NCBI RefSeq assembly: GCF_009914755.1
Contig: NC_060939.1
Length of the DNA: 64,000 nt
Reading direction: 5' to 3' (one strand)
From: the human T2T-CHM13v2.0 reference genome, Homo sapiens
The notes beneath the pieces were generated by a model, which did no database searches, was not told the DNA's origin, and worked only from the letters and a program-made list of their open reading frames with translations. Each line of letters begins with the position of its first letter. Within the stretch, counting starts at the first letter, position 1. Made by a program: the position numbers and the translations under genes. Shown piece by piece: positions 32,204 to 45,588 of this stretch.

Positions 32204-32302
32204 GTGGAACTTGCAGAAATCTGTGCCAAGAGTGAGCGTTACATTGGCACTGAAGGAGGAGGCATGGACCAGTCTATATCATTTCTTGCAGAAGAAGGAA
32301 CT
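32204..32302 (+). CDS. GALK2: GALK2 coding exon, 99 bp, phase 0-0: [33 protein letters not shown]
   Basis: Acceptor tttacctttccag, donor ACT|gtaggt; carries the galactokinase-family G-G-M-D-Q motif with the catalytic Asp. Confidence 0.97.
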
Positions 32303-33189
32303 GTAGGTAGCATTCCAAGTAGGAACCATTCAGAAATTCCTAGTGGGAAAATTTACATGGAGAAGAAGGCCCTGAGAGCCCCAGGATGCTTGGTTATGGA
32401 CAGCCTACTATATTAGGCTCTATTGTAGGATATTATTTCCCAACTGCTTGTAACTCAAGGCTGCCACCAGTTAATCTACTCTATTTCATGTTGATTGCCT
32501 TTCTCTTACGCTTCCAGAATGATACTCAGGTCTGTTTTTCTCATGTGTCTAGCTTTTTCCCCTCTTCTATTTTTCTTCATTGTTAAGATGAGCTTTCTCA
32601 ATTCCCTAGTTATTGGAACCTCATTTCCTGCTCCTATCCTAAATCACTTCATCTCATGCATTTTTATAATCTCTTGTTGGTTTTAAACCCAAATCATAGT
32701 TCTCTTACCACATATATTCACAGTCCCTCTTTTTATAATTTACTCTTTGGTATCATTTTTCCTGTCAACATTTTTGGGGCTTCAGTGGTGGGAAAAAGAA
32801 TGTTGCCAGTAAGCCAGGAATGAATTCCTTAGCTGGATACCGCTTCCCCTTGGCTATCAACTCCTTTAGGCAGAGCAGAGGTTTTAGTTGTTGCTCATAA
32901 GCTGCTCATTTCCAAAATAGAGCAAACATTTCTTTAAAACATTTTCTTAGTTTTTCATCAGATTCCTACAGGCTTGGCTATTTTCCAAGAACACCTGGAT
33001 TCCTTCTTAGTAAGAATATTTGTTATTGATTCCCCTAAGCCAAAGACATGAGGCATGAGGAAATTTGTTTTAATACTAAGAAAATACTTTGGGTGTTTTG
33101 GATGAGACGCAACAGGCAGACATGAGGGCCAGAGTCCTGATGTTAATGTAAGTTAGCTATAGAGTCTGAACACAGTCTAAGTTCTTTGG

Positions 33190-33690
33190 GCTTACAAAAC
33201 ACTTCACCATCTGACCCCTGCTTTACCCTTCTATCCTAACCTCTCACCACTTCTCACCCCTCAAACTGTAAGCTCTAACCAAATTTCCATGCCCGTAGCT
33301 CCATTAACATTCCATGTTGTTTTTTGCCCCTGGACTTGCCTAAGTTCTTCCCTCTTCTTGACATGCTTTTTGAGGAAAGAAACCCTCTGTCTGCCCTACT
33401 TTTTTCATCTTTTAGAACTCAGTTTAGATTTCTCTTTTTCAACTGAGTGGAACCTACAGTAGGCTGTACTGATGAGATGCTTCAGCTATGTATCCATATA
33501 GCATCTGTGCTTTGCTACCATTGTAACACAACTTGGAAAGGTATTTGTCTGTCTACTAGACTGTCTTTCCCACTTGATTGCGGGCTCTATGAGAGGAATG
33601 ACAGTGTCTTTCCTGTTCACTGTTGTATTTCCAGTGCCTAGTACAGCGCCTGGAGGTCAATAAGTAATATTTGAATGAATGAATGCATTT
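33190..33690 (+). mobile_element. L2 3' relic in the short GALK2 intron
   Basis: cagtgcctagtacagcgcctgg...aatatttgaatgaatgaatg tail. Confidence 0.65.
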
Positions 33691-33782
33691 TTGACAAAAC
33701 ACTTTAAGATAAATACATAAACACTTGAACATTTTCTGCATTCTAATAAATTATATTTCTCCTTTCATTTTTCTTCTAACAG

Positions 33783-33935
33783 GCCAAGTTGATAGAATTT
33801 AGTCCTCTGAGGGCAACCGATGTAAAACTCCCAAGTGGAGCAGTGTTTGTGATTGCCAACAGTTGTGTGGAGATGAATAAGGCAGCAACTTCCCATTTCA
33901 ATATCAGGGTGATGGAGTGTCGGCTGGCTGCGAAG
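33783..33935 (+). CDS. GALK2: GALK2 coding exon, 153 bp, phase 0-0: [51 protein letters not shown]
   Basis: Long pyrimidine tract plus ctaacag acceptor, donor AAG|gtatga; FNxRVxEC motif typical of galactokinases. Not in the supplied ORF track. Confidence 0.97.
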
Positions 33936-35179
33936 GTATGAACTTGGCAGGCTAGTGAAACTTGAAGTAGGGTTTTTCTTGTCTTTATTTTCATTGTTCT
34001 CTATTACTTTATCTCTTTCCCCAAATTTTAGGGCAACATTCTGACTGCACAGCATTCCAACTGAAGGTCTTTGGGTACAGAGAAATCTGATTTCTAACTC
34101 AGAAGACAGATGAACCAGTTGAGTCTTCTGGGGTGGCACTGGGAAGAAAAGGGCAGCTTATATATGTGAAGCAGAATTATAGGTTAGGTCTATGGGTGGA
34201 GAAAGATAGTTGGGGACAATTGATGGGAATGACCACAGCTGGTCTTGTTTCCTCAACAAAAGTGATGGCAGCCTCACCCCTCCTGGTCCTCTAAGATGCA
34301 GTTTTTTTATTGGGTTATCATTCGTTACTCCAAAAATACAGGATTGGTGAAGTCCCCCCAGACCCCGTACCCAGAAAGAAGATTTTTACATGTCTACTAG
34401 GGAAACACAAACCAGCAGGGAGTCTTGGAAGTCTCTCTTTAGAAAACTGCCACAGTTAAACCTTAAATCTATTTAGGTAGTATTCATTGACTAGCTATTG
34501 TAGTTCTAGCGGCATGAAGATATACAAAGGGACATAGGACATGGGACTAGAGAGAGTGGACAGTAGAGTTAAGAGTTCAAGTTAAGGGATTATGAAACAG
34601 GAAATGGTTAATATGTGATCAGATAGTAAGTAATCCAGTGATCCAACAAGTGACACAGTAATTAAATATTATAAATAATCCAGAATAGCTCATAATACGA
34701 CTAGAAAGTTGGAGAGAGGACTGAGGCTGGAGGCTAGGAAGTGGATTCTGGGTCAGGAGCTCCACTGTGCTTTCTTCCACTCTTGCTTTGATCTCCTGAT
34801 GGATACTGATGGATATCACCTAAGACTTATGATCAACCTTTACCAGGTCTTAAATACAGCCTGAAATCTATTTTCTCAGTAGTAATAATTTCATACCTTC
34901 TTTACTTCTCTCAAATACCCATTACTTGATTCAGCCTAACTTCCAAAAGTGATTTTCTCCCATATTTCATGTTGGAAATAGATGTGGTCACATAGACTTT
35001 GGCTTCCTGTCATCATATCTGTATGTCTCTCTATATCTGCATCTCCTGTCAAAGCCAGCCCTTCCATGTGTGGCTGCAGGGAACTCACTCCATCTTTAAC
35101 TTGTTCCTCGCCTCTATTTCTCTACTAAATCCTTTCTATCAGACTCCACCTATTCTAGTATTTTGTATTAGAAAAGTCT

Positions 35180-36530
35180 ACCCTAAGCCTCACAACTCTC
35201 TCCATCTACTATTTCTATTTCTACTTTTTCATTCTCTTCACAGCTAAACTTCTCAAAAATTGCTTTATATATGTTATCTTTACTCCTCTACCTCCCTCTT
35301 ATTCCTTAATTTACTAAAATCTCACTTCTGCGTTCTCCACAATGTTGAATTTGCTCTTTCTTAGGCCACCAAAGGTTTTTTCATTGGTAAATCCAGTGGA
35401 TGCTTTTCAGTCTTCATCTTATTTCTCATTGTTATTTCTTATCTTTCAACAGAGTTAACCAGTCTTTCCCTCTTGAAATATTCTCTTCCTTAGGTTTCCA
35501 GTATACTTCACTTCCTGTTTTTTCTTTTCCCCCTTATATTTTTGTTGCTATTTCTTTTTAGTTTTAGCCATTCCCTCCACCGACCCACCCTGGGCAGGGA
35601 TGAAGGGATGGCAGGAATTCACTCCTCCTCCCACAGATGTTTAAATGTTGGTGTTCTTCAAGGCCTTGGCCTTGGTCGTCTTCTTCTTTCTAGTGGTCTT
35701 TCTTCTGTTGGTCTCATGCCCTCAGCTTCAACTTCCATCTCTATGATGATGACTTCCTAATAAACATCTTCAACTAAGGCTTTCTTGGTTGAGCTCCAAA
35801 CCTCTATATCCCATGCCTTATTGACCATCTTTACTTGAATGAATCATAGACCTCTCAAACTGAGCATGTTGAAATTGAACTCAGTCTTTCACAGACCTTA
35901 TATTTTTCCATCGGTCCCATCATCACTTATTGACTATCACATTAGCCTTCTCACTGTTCCTTAAATTCATGCTCATCTCTTTCCCAATCATTCTTTAAAT
36001 AACAGCATGACGGCTTAGAAATTTAAATCTGAGCAATTTAAATTCCCCTGCTTAATACCTTTCAAAAGCTTCCTATTTCGTTGGAATAAAGTAAAAGGTC
36101 CATATCACGACCTGGAGAGCCACCATATCTGAGACCTGTGCACCTCATCCTCTTCATCTCTTAGCATCACCTGCTTTCCTTACACTCCAGCCATGAGACT
36201 CATTCTCATCTCAGAGACTTTGCACCTGCCCAGGACATTCTTCCTTCAGCCCTCTTTGAAGTCTTAGTCTAAATGTCCCTCAAGGAAGCCTTCCCTGACT
36301 TCCTTACTCCTAGACTAAGTTAGAGCCCCCTTTATATTTTGAAGCACTTCATTTTTCAGTTATGGCACTTATCACAATCATTTATTTAATGTCTGTCTCT
36401 TCTTTCAGATTCAGTTTTACCTGAGAGCTGAGGCTGTGTTTGTCTTGTTAACTCTTATATCCCTAATGCTTGATGTGATGCTTAAGCTGAAGAGACACAG
36501 GATAAACATTTGTTCAATAGATGAATGACA
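35180..36530 (+). mobile_element. Long L2 relic
   Basis: aaatccagtggatgcttttcagtcttcatc, tttaaatgttggtgttcttcaagg, ggaagccttccctgac, atttgttcaatagatgaatga. Confidence 0.75.
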
Positions 36531-39500
36531 ACTCCCTGTATCACCTGCTCTGTAGTTTATTTTGCACAATTTCACAGTTTTTTACAAGTACCTATTGTAT
36601 GCTTAGCACTGGCCTAGATCCTGTGGAGGTGTGTAAAGTATAGTTTTCCCTTGTTACTGACTTAGCACTTCTCCTCTTACTTCTATCCTCTGAGGTTGGG
36701 AAATTCAGGAAATTAGAGATATACTGAACGAGGAAAATAAAAGCTTTTTGTTTCTGGAATATTTGGGGGGCATACATTTTTTGAAAAATTATGATTTAAA
36801 TGTTTTGAATTTTTAATTTACTTATTAAGATAGTGTCTAAAAATAATGTAATAGAAGTGCTTTAACATTGAACTCTTCATAGTATTTGATCAGTGCATAT
36901 GTGCAGAGAAACAGTTCTGTAAACTTTTTAATATCAAGGGTTCAATGAACTTTTTTTCTTTTACGACACACTTCCTTTTTCAGGAGATGGAAGAAATTAG
37001 TGTCTTATTTGTTTGAGGGCTTAGTCTTGTTGACCTTTTATCTTGAGGTTGATGAGTAAGTGTTGCCTTCCTAAGGAGACCTCAGACATACACAACATTG
37101 TTTTCAAAGTTTTATCACGAAATTAGATATCCTCTACCAGATCCATAGGTGAGCTGAAACAAGTATTAGACATGTAAAATCAGTTCATGTTGTGACTACT
37201 CTCCCAAAGATACAAGAAGAAAATGATGGATAAAATTGTAGTGCTGAGTCTCTGTAGTAAAAGTTATTGGGATGTGGGAATGTTTTTTGAGAGTTAACTA
37301 GAAAAAGGGCATCTCCTTTGGAAGCAGTAGTAGCTGAAGATCTTAATCCACTGCAGAACCTCCTGTTCTTGAGGATGTTTTCTCAGTTTAACTGCGTAAC
37401 CCCATATGCATTTTAGAGGTACTTTGGTCAGCAAAATTGGCATCTGAATTTGGCTTTTTGCTACACACTCCTCCCAATTGACGTAGATAAACACACTGTT
37501 TTAAATACTCTGAATTTTTCTCTTTTAAAATGTGGAAGAAAGAAAAATGAAAGACTTTATCAAGATGGAAAATGTTTTCTAAATCATGTTGCTGCAAATC
37601 ACTAAAATCCCAGGTTTTATACAAAAGGGAAATGAAGATAAAACTGCTAATGTGCACTTTACTCAGAGATATTGATATTAGGAATATGCTTTTGCTTAGG
37701 AATATAGGCTGGAATTCTACTAAGCATATTTTCTTTGCAATATGGTTCTATTCTTCCATTTTTGGCAACATGTGAATGAATATAATTATTGTTTGAAGAT
37801 GGTCTCATTAAATAAATAACCTCTCATGTAAAAAGTTTAAAAAAAAGCTTATCTCAATCTGACCAAACTTTCTGTTTTCCAACAACAATAATGAAGTGTC
37901 AGTTGAAGAATGGCTAATCAAGATAGTTTTGAAAATGAGACTGAGACTGATCAGCTAGGGCTCCACATGGCAAAGTTGTAATGAAGAACATTTATTTTTC
38001 CTTTCTTCCTATTTTTCTCAGATCCTTTTTTGAAAATGAGTACCTTTTTTTAATCAAGTTAACACAGAGAAGTACACTAAACCAGTAAAGACAATTTTTC
38101 TTTGTTTTGCATTAATGCTAGCAATTTCTTCTATTCTCAACTTCTTTCTCATCTTGTTTCTCTGTCTCTGTCTCTTTCTCTCCATCAGCTTTCAAAAGCT
38201 AATTCATGCAAATTCATAAAAAGTCAGAGCCTTGTAGAGCATTTGACTAAAATTAAAAATTTTTCAAAGCAAACTCGAGATTTATAATTACTACTTGTAT
38301 AAATGATATCTTAATGAAGCACATTTTTATGATAAAGTAGCCAAGGATCTTTAGTAGGTACAACATTTTTCATATTTTACACACATTTGGGGCTTAAATG
38401 TTTCCAGAAGTGCTTTTCTTATACAGTATCCCTTAGTTATGTTGAAGAATAAAATGTGTGATACCCATGATAAGTATTATGGGAAGTCAGGTAGGGAAGA
38501 GAAATTATACTGTTGCTTTTTGCATACCCTGAGCTCCTTGTGGCAACATGAGAAGCAGTGAAAGAGAGAGTTTCATATGTTCCTTTGACACTTCAAGGAA
38601 AATTTACAGTGATTCTTTACAGGGCCTGTCTGGTCAGGGGCCATCAGTCACCCAGTTTTTCAGCTCCTTTCATTTAGTAGTTGGTATGAAACTTATTCTT
38701 TGTCTGGTGATAGAATGGGAGGAGAAGTTGGCATAATAGTCTCAGGGTTTTGGCAGTTTCCTTGAATTTGAGCAGAGAAAAACCAAATACTCAAGAATGT
38801 AGCCAATTTCACGCAGCCAGTTGATTCAATAGTGCATACTCTGCCAAGACTCTGGCATGGAGTATTCAGGCAATGGTGAGTCCGAGCTGCATGGCAGAGG
38901 ACATACATACTGGGGAATAGGGGTAATGTGTTTAGTGGAACCAGATTGTGGCAGGACCTTCAGTGCTATGCTCAGCCTTACCCAGGCTTGGCTTTGAAAG
39001 CAGTGGTTGTTAGCAAGGTATTTTAGAAATATTAATATGACAGCAGGAGCTTTTGCCTTGGTTGAAGAGAAGTAGGTACTAGAGTATCAGTGAGGATGGG
39101 ATAAAAAGGGAGAGATGTGAGAGAAGCTCTGACTGGACCTAGTAAGGGTTGGGTACAGGCTCTCTGTGATTGGATTTTTGTTTTCCTTCTGGCATATACT
39201 TCATTACTTTGAGGAAGTTTTCCTTGACTACCTCCTGACCTCAGTTAGGTGAAACACTCTTTTATGTGCTCTTACCATGTCCTGTATTTTTCTATTATAG
39301 CAGTTTATCATAATTGGATTAAGTTCTTTATGATAAATGTAGTTTTAATTTAACCTCTGTCTTTTCTGGTGGGCTGTGAGCTGCACGTGGTCAGGAGCCA
39401 TGTGTGCCTTACTCACTGCTGTCTGCCTGGAGCCTGGGAAGTAATAGGCACTCAGTAGACACTCACTGTGAGCAGATGCACATGAATGAAGGAAATGAAG

Positions 39501-39699
39501 AAAAGGTGTTGAGTCAATAAGGGCTGCAGCTTCAAGGTGCAATGGTTGGTGAAAAGCATAGTGCTGCCATTGATAGGTTTTGAGAAGGCAGGATGGACTA
39601 GAAGTTGACTAAAAAGTAGGAGATGATGAGAATTCTTCATGAATATCTTAACACTTTCTCTACCATACCCTCTTACCAGAAGACCCAGGGAGTCTCAGA

Positions 39700-40061
39700 C
39701 CAAGAACAGAGGGCTTAGTATTTTTGTTTGTGTCTGGGACAACCTGAAAGTGCTAGGGAGTTAATATCCTTGAGAGCCACCTCAATCAGTGGTAACTGGG
39801 AGTTATTGGGTAAATACTTTGGCTTTCTTGCCCATGGTGGGACATGACTGAGCTTTACACATACAGGTTCCTGAGAACCTGTGATTTGAAGCTCAGCGGG
39901 CCCAGACTCACCTGCCAATATCAGTACACCTCATATTGGCGTCTTTTCCTGTTTCACTTTCCATTCCTCTCTTAATGCTTCTTAGGATCACCTTCCCCTC
40001 AAATTCTTACCCTCAAATTTTTGTCACAGGGCCTGCGTCTGAGAGAAACCAACCTAAAACA
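39700..40061 (+). mobile_element. LTR16-type ERVL LTR
   Basis: tgctagggagttaata...gagaaaccaacctaaaaca terminus. Confidence 0.6.
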
Positions 40062-41148
40062 GAGTTTTAGCACCATTTATCAGTGCCTCTTTCCATGACT
40101 GTGGACAAAGCACTTGTTGCCTGCTTTTTTGTCCACAGAGCATGGAACAGAGCTCAGGAACCTCTCAGAAGTGGTATCTGATAGGAATACTTAATGTTTG
40201 CCATGGTGAAAAGAAAGTGGTGAATGTGGACAAAGAACTGCCTTCTCTTATTTCCCCACCCTACTACTGAGTGAGAAAGTTGTGACAAAATAACCTATAG
40301 CCCTGACTTATAGCCCTGCTTCACAAATGTGAAGGAGGCCAGTCACCTGGGCCACAAGTGCCTCCATGAAGCTCTGTCTTTGAACAATGGTGATCTTATC
40401 CACCCATTTCCTTCATCTGAAAGTCATCTTTCTGTTTTTCAAGCCAAATTTCAAAGGGCTTAAGAGGCTTTTCTATTTGACTCCCTCAATGTAGTGTAAT
40501 TCAACAGCTCATGGGCTGTGCAGCTGTCATTGAGGGCATATGGTAGATTTCATCCTTAATTGAAATACACACCAAATTGGCTGTGTGGATTCTCCAGCTG
40601 AGGGCTCACTGGACAACTGGTGTCACAGTAAAGTGGGATATTGCTGGAGTGAATGTGAACTCTATGTTAGTGCCTCAATCTGCAGAAGAGCACATCAGGA
40701 GGCTGCCTTTGAAAACTGAATCTTGTGGGCTGTAGCCATCCCTTGCAGACTTTCTCCCCACACATCACTGGCCCAGTTTTCTTGGATCAAGTGCCTGGGG
40801 CAATGTGACTGGTTCAAGAGAGAATGGGAATGGGAACTTGGAGATTACTGTGGACTGAAAGCTTCTTAGGAAGAGCCCACTGTCATCTCTTGGGGGCAGT
40901 TCTGTGATGTTTTTCTTTTTTTGTTTGGAAGGAACCCATTTATCAAAGTGTTTTTAAATTACTGGAATGTTCACTTCTAGCACAGATCTAGGTTTGTGTT
41001 TTGAAATGCGTTTCTAAGACTTGATCGGTGATTTTAATTCATGTGGGTAACATGATATAGTTATCATGCATACCTCATTGAGAACGTGGCCTAGGGGCAG
41101 CAAGAAAGAGTTATAAGACCTGGATTCAGTTTCCAACTCTGTTATTAA

Positions 41149-41403
<255 letters not shown>

Positions 41404-42290
41404 TAAATGACACCATGTTCCATGAAATAATTGAACCGAAAATCATAGTTCTATTGTTTTGTTTCCCAGTTTGGCCTTAAAATCATTAACTCATTTCAAA
41501 TATACGAGCCAGGGTTTTAAAAAGAGGATTAAATTAATATAAGAACTTCTGTTATTAACATTCTTCAGAAGTCAGTGGCTGTAACCAGAGTACAATAGTC
41601 TTTTGGTAAACCCCGCTTCCTGTCAAAAAGAGAAAATCATCAACATAATGGAAGAGTAAATCAGATGCACATTTTCTTGAAGACTGATTTCCCCTTCTCT
41701 TGTTTCTTTTTGCTGCTTAAAATGCCCCTCTGTCTTCACACCCAGGCAATGAATATTGTAGACCTCAGGATAAGAGAAATCCTCACTGTTTTGATTGCCA
41801 CCTACTCTGATATTGCTTGGGGAGAATGACAGAAATATATTCTGGATTGGGGTTCCCATGGGTGGTTACAGATTTGGTTTGTACTTAACCCTCACTGTCA
41901 GATTGAGGAGGTACCTCAGGATGCAGTTAGAAGCCAAACTCTTTTTCTTGAGGGTAGAGGAACATATAGCTCTACTACCACCAGTGACCTAATGAAGTGC
42001 TTCCCATAAAGTCACCAATGAGGTTTTCATTTCAAATTTAGGACTTTACCCCAAATGCCCATATAATGCCATTTTCAAAGAGACATATAGTAAACAGGAA
42101 GTACCCTAATTGGATGTACAGTATCCTCTCAGGACCCAGGTCACATGAGATTTAAGTAGTTTTCTCTTGACTTCCTAGGGAGGAATGCAGTAGGCATGAA
42201 CTGAATAAGGATAAAAGAGTAAAATTATTCAAAGAAACAGCCCTGAGGGAAAGTGGTGACAGGCCAAAAAAAAAATCAGTGAGAGATTAG

Positions 42291-42321
42291 TTGTGTGTGT
42301 TTGCGTGTGTGTGTGTGTGTT
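42291..42321. repeat. Interrupted (TG)n about 220 bp upstream of a GALK2 exon
   Basis: Read directly from sequence. Confidence 0.9.
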
Positions 42322-42543
42322 TCAGGACAAATACCTACCTAGTCTGTGAGTGTAATACAGACATGTTTAATTCCAGGCATCTGAAGCCAGTATGCATTTC
42401 CAAGTAATGGTGGGAAAGTTGGATAGGTTGAAAGGAAAACAACAACAAAACAAAAAACAGCTTAACGTTGAATCTGGCTAATTAAAATAGTACACATCAA
42501 ATTCTGAATCAAAACTGACCATTATCTTGATTTGAATTTGCAG

Positions 42544-42754
42544 CTCCTGGCTAAATACAAAAGCTTGCAATGGGACAAAGTACTGAGGCTGGAGGAGGTG
42601 CAGGCTAAACTAGGGATTAGTCTAGAAGAAATGCTGTTGGTCACAGAAGATGCCCTTCATCCTGAACCCTATAACCCTGAGGAGATCTGCAGGTGTCTGG
42701 GAATTAGCCTGGAGGAACTCCGAACCCAAATCCTGAGTCCAAACACTCAAGATG
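42544..42754 (+). CDS. GALK2: GALK2 coding exon, 211 bp, phase 0-1: [70 protein letters not shown]
   Basis: Branch-like ctgac 42515-42519, acceptor ttgcag, donor ATG|gtgagt; in frame with the previous exon. Confidence 0.96.
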
Positions 42755-43629
42755 GTGAGTTGGCTGGAGAAAGTATGATATATGTTATTCCCTCACTTAC
42801 AGCTGGAAGGTTTCAATTTCTCCACTGGTTTTAGAGAATACTTGAGGGAATTTGGAGACTGTGTTTTGGCAAGCTTAATTATTTAGAATCTTAGCTTCAT
42901 AAATGTATTCATTCATTCTTTCATTCACCACTATGCTGGGTAGGCAAGGGTGAATGAGACATGATTCCTGTCTTCCAGGGGCTTATAATTCAGTAAGCTT
43001 CTCTTTTTTATCTTTTTTTTCCCTTATCCATTTTTTTCTGGTTATTATGCTACTTGTATAAAAAATGGACTAAGTTAGAGAACTGCTCTAACTCTGTGAA
43101 ACAATACTCGGAACACTATAAAGTGTTCACGTCTTAGGTTGAAACTTGTGGCCTACTTTAGTGTGGAAGCTTATTTCTATTTGTGGTCTGCTTTCAATTA
43201 ACTTTATTTTTATACCAATAACATCAGAAACTGAGATGAAGCCCAGGTAAATGTTGCAGGCACAGGATGGAGTCTTGGGCTGGCTTGTTCCTCTTAGACT
43301 AGAGGTTATCTATTTGTGACAAATCAGTACTGGGGGCAAGGACATCTAGTTAAGATCCAGTTGCCCTTAGCGGATGGTTATGGGGGATGAGTAGGAGATT
43401 AATACAAACATCAGCCTCAGGGACCCATTTCTGTCTCATTCAGTTCAGTTCTACAACTGGTTGTTGAGTTGCTACTGTAGATTTACCCACAAAGTAATGT
43501 CTTAAAGGCTGGAAGTACTGAAAACTTTGGGATGAGATAAGGGAATCATTTGGAAGTAGGGATTGGGTTTTAGTTTCTAACACTGTCGATCCAATTTAAT
43601 TTGATGAAGCTTGATTGAGTCTTTAGAAC

Positions 43630-43834
43630 CAGAATAAGCAAACTATGGCCTACTGGCCAAATCAGGCCTGCCATCTGTTTTTATAAAATAAACTTTTACT
43701 ACAACACGGCCATGTATTAGCTATGGCTGCCTTTGCACTATAAGAGTTGAGTAGTTGTGATAGAGATTAAATAGTCCACAAAACCTAAAATATTTACTAT
43801 ATGGTTCTTTGCAGAAAATGTTTGCTGGCTCTCG
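43630..43834. mobile_element. MER58A-type hAT-Charlie element
   Basis: gcaaactatggcc...ggccaaatc...aaaatatttactatatggttctttgcagaaaatgtttgct. Confidence 0.8.
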
Positions 43835-44034
43835 TTCCAGAAAGGCAGTAGACTAAAGTTTACCTTAGTTTTGCCATGAAAATAGGCGTAACAGGAATGC
43901 CTCTAAGAATAATCTGTATAATGTGCTAAGAATAATGCTTGGTAGCAGAGGTACTAATAGAGTGATGAGTGTGGTGATGGAGTTGTACTTGGGTCTAGGG
44001 AGACCAGAAAACAAAGAAGTCAAAGCCAGCTTAA

Positions 44035-44307
44035 GGCCGGGTGCAGGGGCTCATGCCTGTAATTCCAGCACTTTGGGAAGCCGAGGTGGGTGGATCACTT
44101 GAGGCCAGGAGTTCGAGACCAGCCTGGCCAACATAGTAAAACCCTGCCTCTACCAGAAACACAAAAATAAGCCAGGCATGGTGGCAAGCACCTGTAATCC
44201 CAGCTAGTCAGGTGGCTGAGGCATGAGAATTTTTTGAATCCAGGAGACAGAGGTTGCAGTAAGCTGACATTGTGCCACTGCACTCCAGGGGGAGACCCTG
44301 TCTCAAA

Positions 44308-44346
<39 letters not shown>

Positions 44347-44360
44347 GACCCTGTCTCAAA

Positions 44361-44399
<39 letters not shown>

Positions 44400-44414
44400 G
44401 CAAGCAAGCAAGCT
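44035..44414 (+). mobile_element. Old AluS (Sz6-like) with duplicated 3' end and (AAAT)n tails
   Basis: TSD agccagcttaa 44024-44034 and 44415-44425. Confidence 0.9.
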
Positions 44415-45520
44415 AGCCAGCTTAACTAAGGAGTTAGCAACCAGCCAAAAGTTAAATAATAAATAGGTATTTCCTAGGTAGGCAAACAGTCAGAAAGAAT
44501 TCCAGTCTGACAAAACAGTAGATACAGAGGCAGAAAGAAGTGAGAGAAGATTATATGTCCAGGGAACTACAGATAGTTGAGTGTTTCTTGAAAATAATGT
44601 ACATAGTAGAGAATGATACAGTATCAGGCCAAGGTTGTGGACAGACCCAGATCACCAAAGGCCTTATTAAATAATTTGTGTGTGTGTGTTGTATAGGTAA
44701 TGTGGGAGGTAATCAATATTTATTGAATGAAGAAGTTGGGTAAGGTATTGGATAGGGAGAGGTTCAGGGGAATTGCCTTTCTCCTTTGACCTGAGATATT
44801 GATTTCTTTAACAAATCGTATTGACTTCTGTGGACTGGAAATTGTGCTAGATGCTGGGATACAAAGATAATCAGGACACAGTCTCTACTTTATAGTGACT
44901 TAGTGTCTAATTGGGGGAGAGTGCCATACAACAATCACAATAAATAATACCTGCTATAATAAAGGTATTTATCAAGAACCCTAAGAGTATGGAGGGAAAA
45001 GTGGCTCAGGTCCTGTAGATGGTGGTTCAATTTTGAGCTGGATCCTTAGAGAAAGTTATGAATTTCCTAGACTTAGAGAGATTACCAGCCTTTCCAGGTG
45101 GAGAGTAGAGCTTGAATGAAGACAAAGTAGCACAAGGAGTCGAGTACTGGAGAACATGCACCAAGAGGTATTGTGTGCAGTATGAGTTAGAAGACAAAAA
45201 GACTGCCTAAAAGGATGCCAATTAGGAAACTATTGCTCTATACTCTATACTGAATGAGAAGAGCCTGAAGTAGGATAGATGGCTCAACTGGTAGATTCTC
45301 AAGACTGTAAAATAGAATTCAGTTGCAATTGGCAATTGCTGGTATCTAGGAGTGAAGGAAAGAAGAAAGAGAAGAAGGAGGGGAAGGAGGGAGAGGAAGA
45401 AGGAAGAAAGGAAGGGAAGAAGAAAAGAAATATAAGGTAAATAAATCCAAGGTATGGATAACTGGGAAAGTTAGGAAATTATAGTATTGAAGTGATTTTG
45501 GCAGTAAGATGACAAGCTCA

Positions 45521-45542
45521 TTTCTCTCTCTCTCTCTCTCTC

Positions 45543-45575
<33 letters not shown>

Positions 45576-45588
45576 TCATCTATCTATC
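45521..45588. repeat. Compound (CT)n(AT)n(AGAT)n(ATCT)n microsatellite
   Basis: Read directly from sequence. Confidence 0.9.

Noticed and set aside
32147-32416. ORF-track extensions around GALK2 exons (also 42532-42834)
   Set aside because: Homology stops at canonical AG/GT sites; the extensions are intronic read-through.
33765-34139. 124-aa minus-strand ORF overlapping a GALK2 exon
   Set aside because: Antisense shadow of the exon plus intron; no recognisable motif or splice support.
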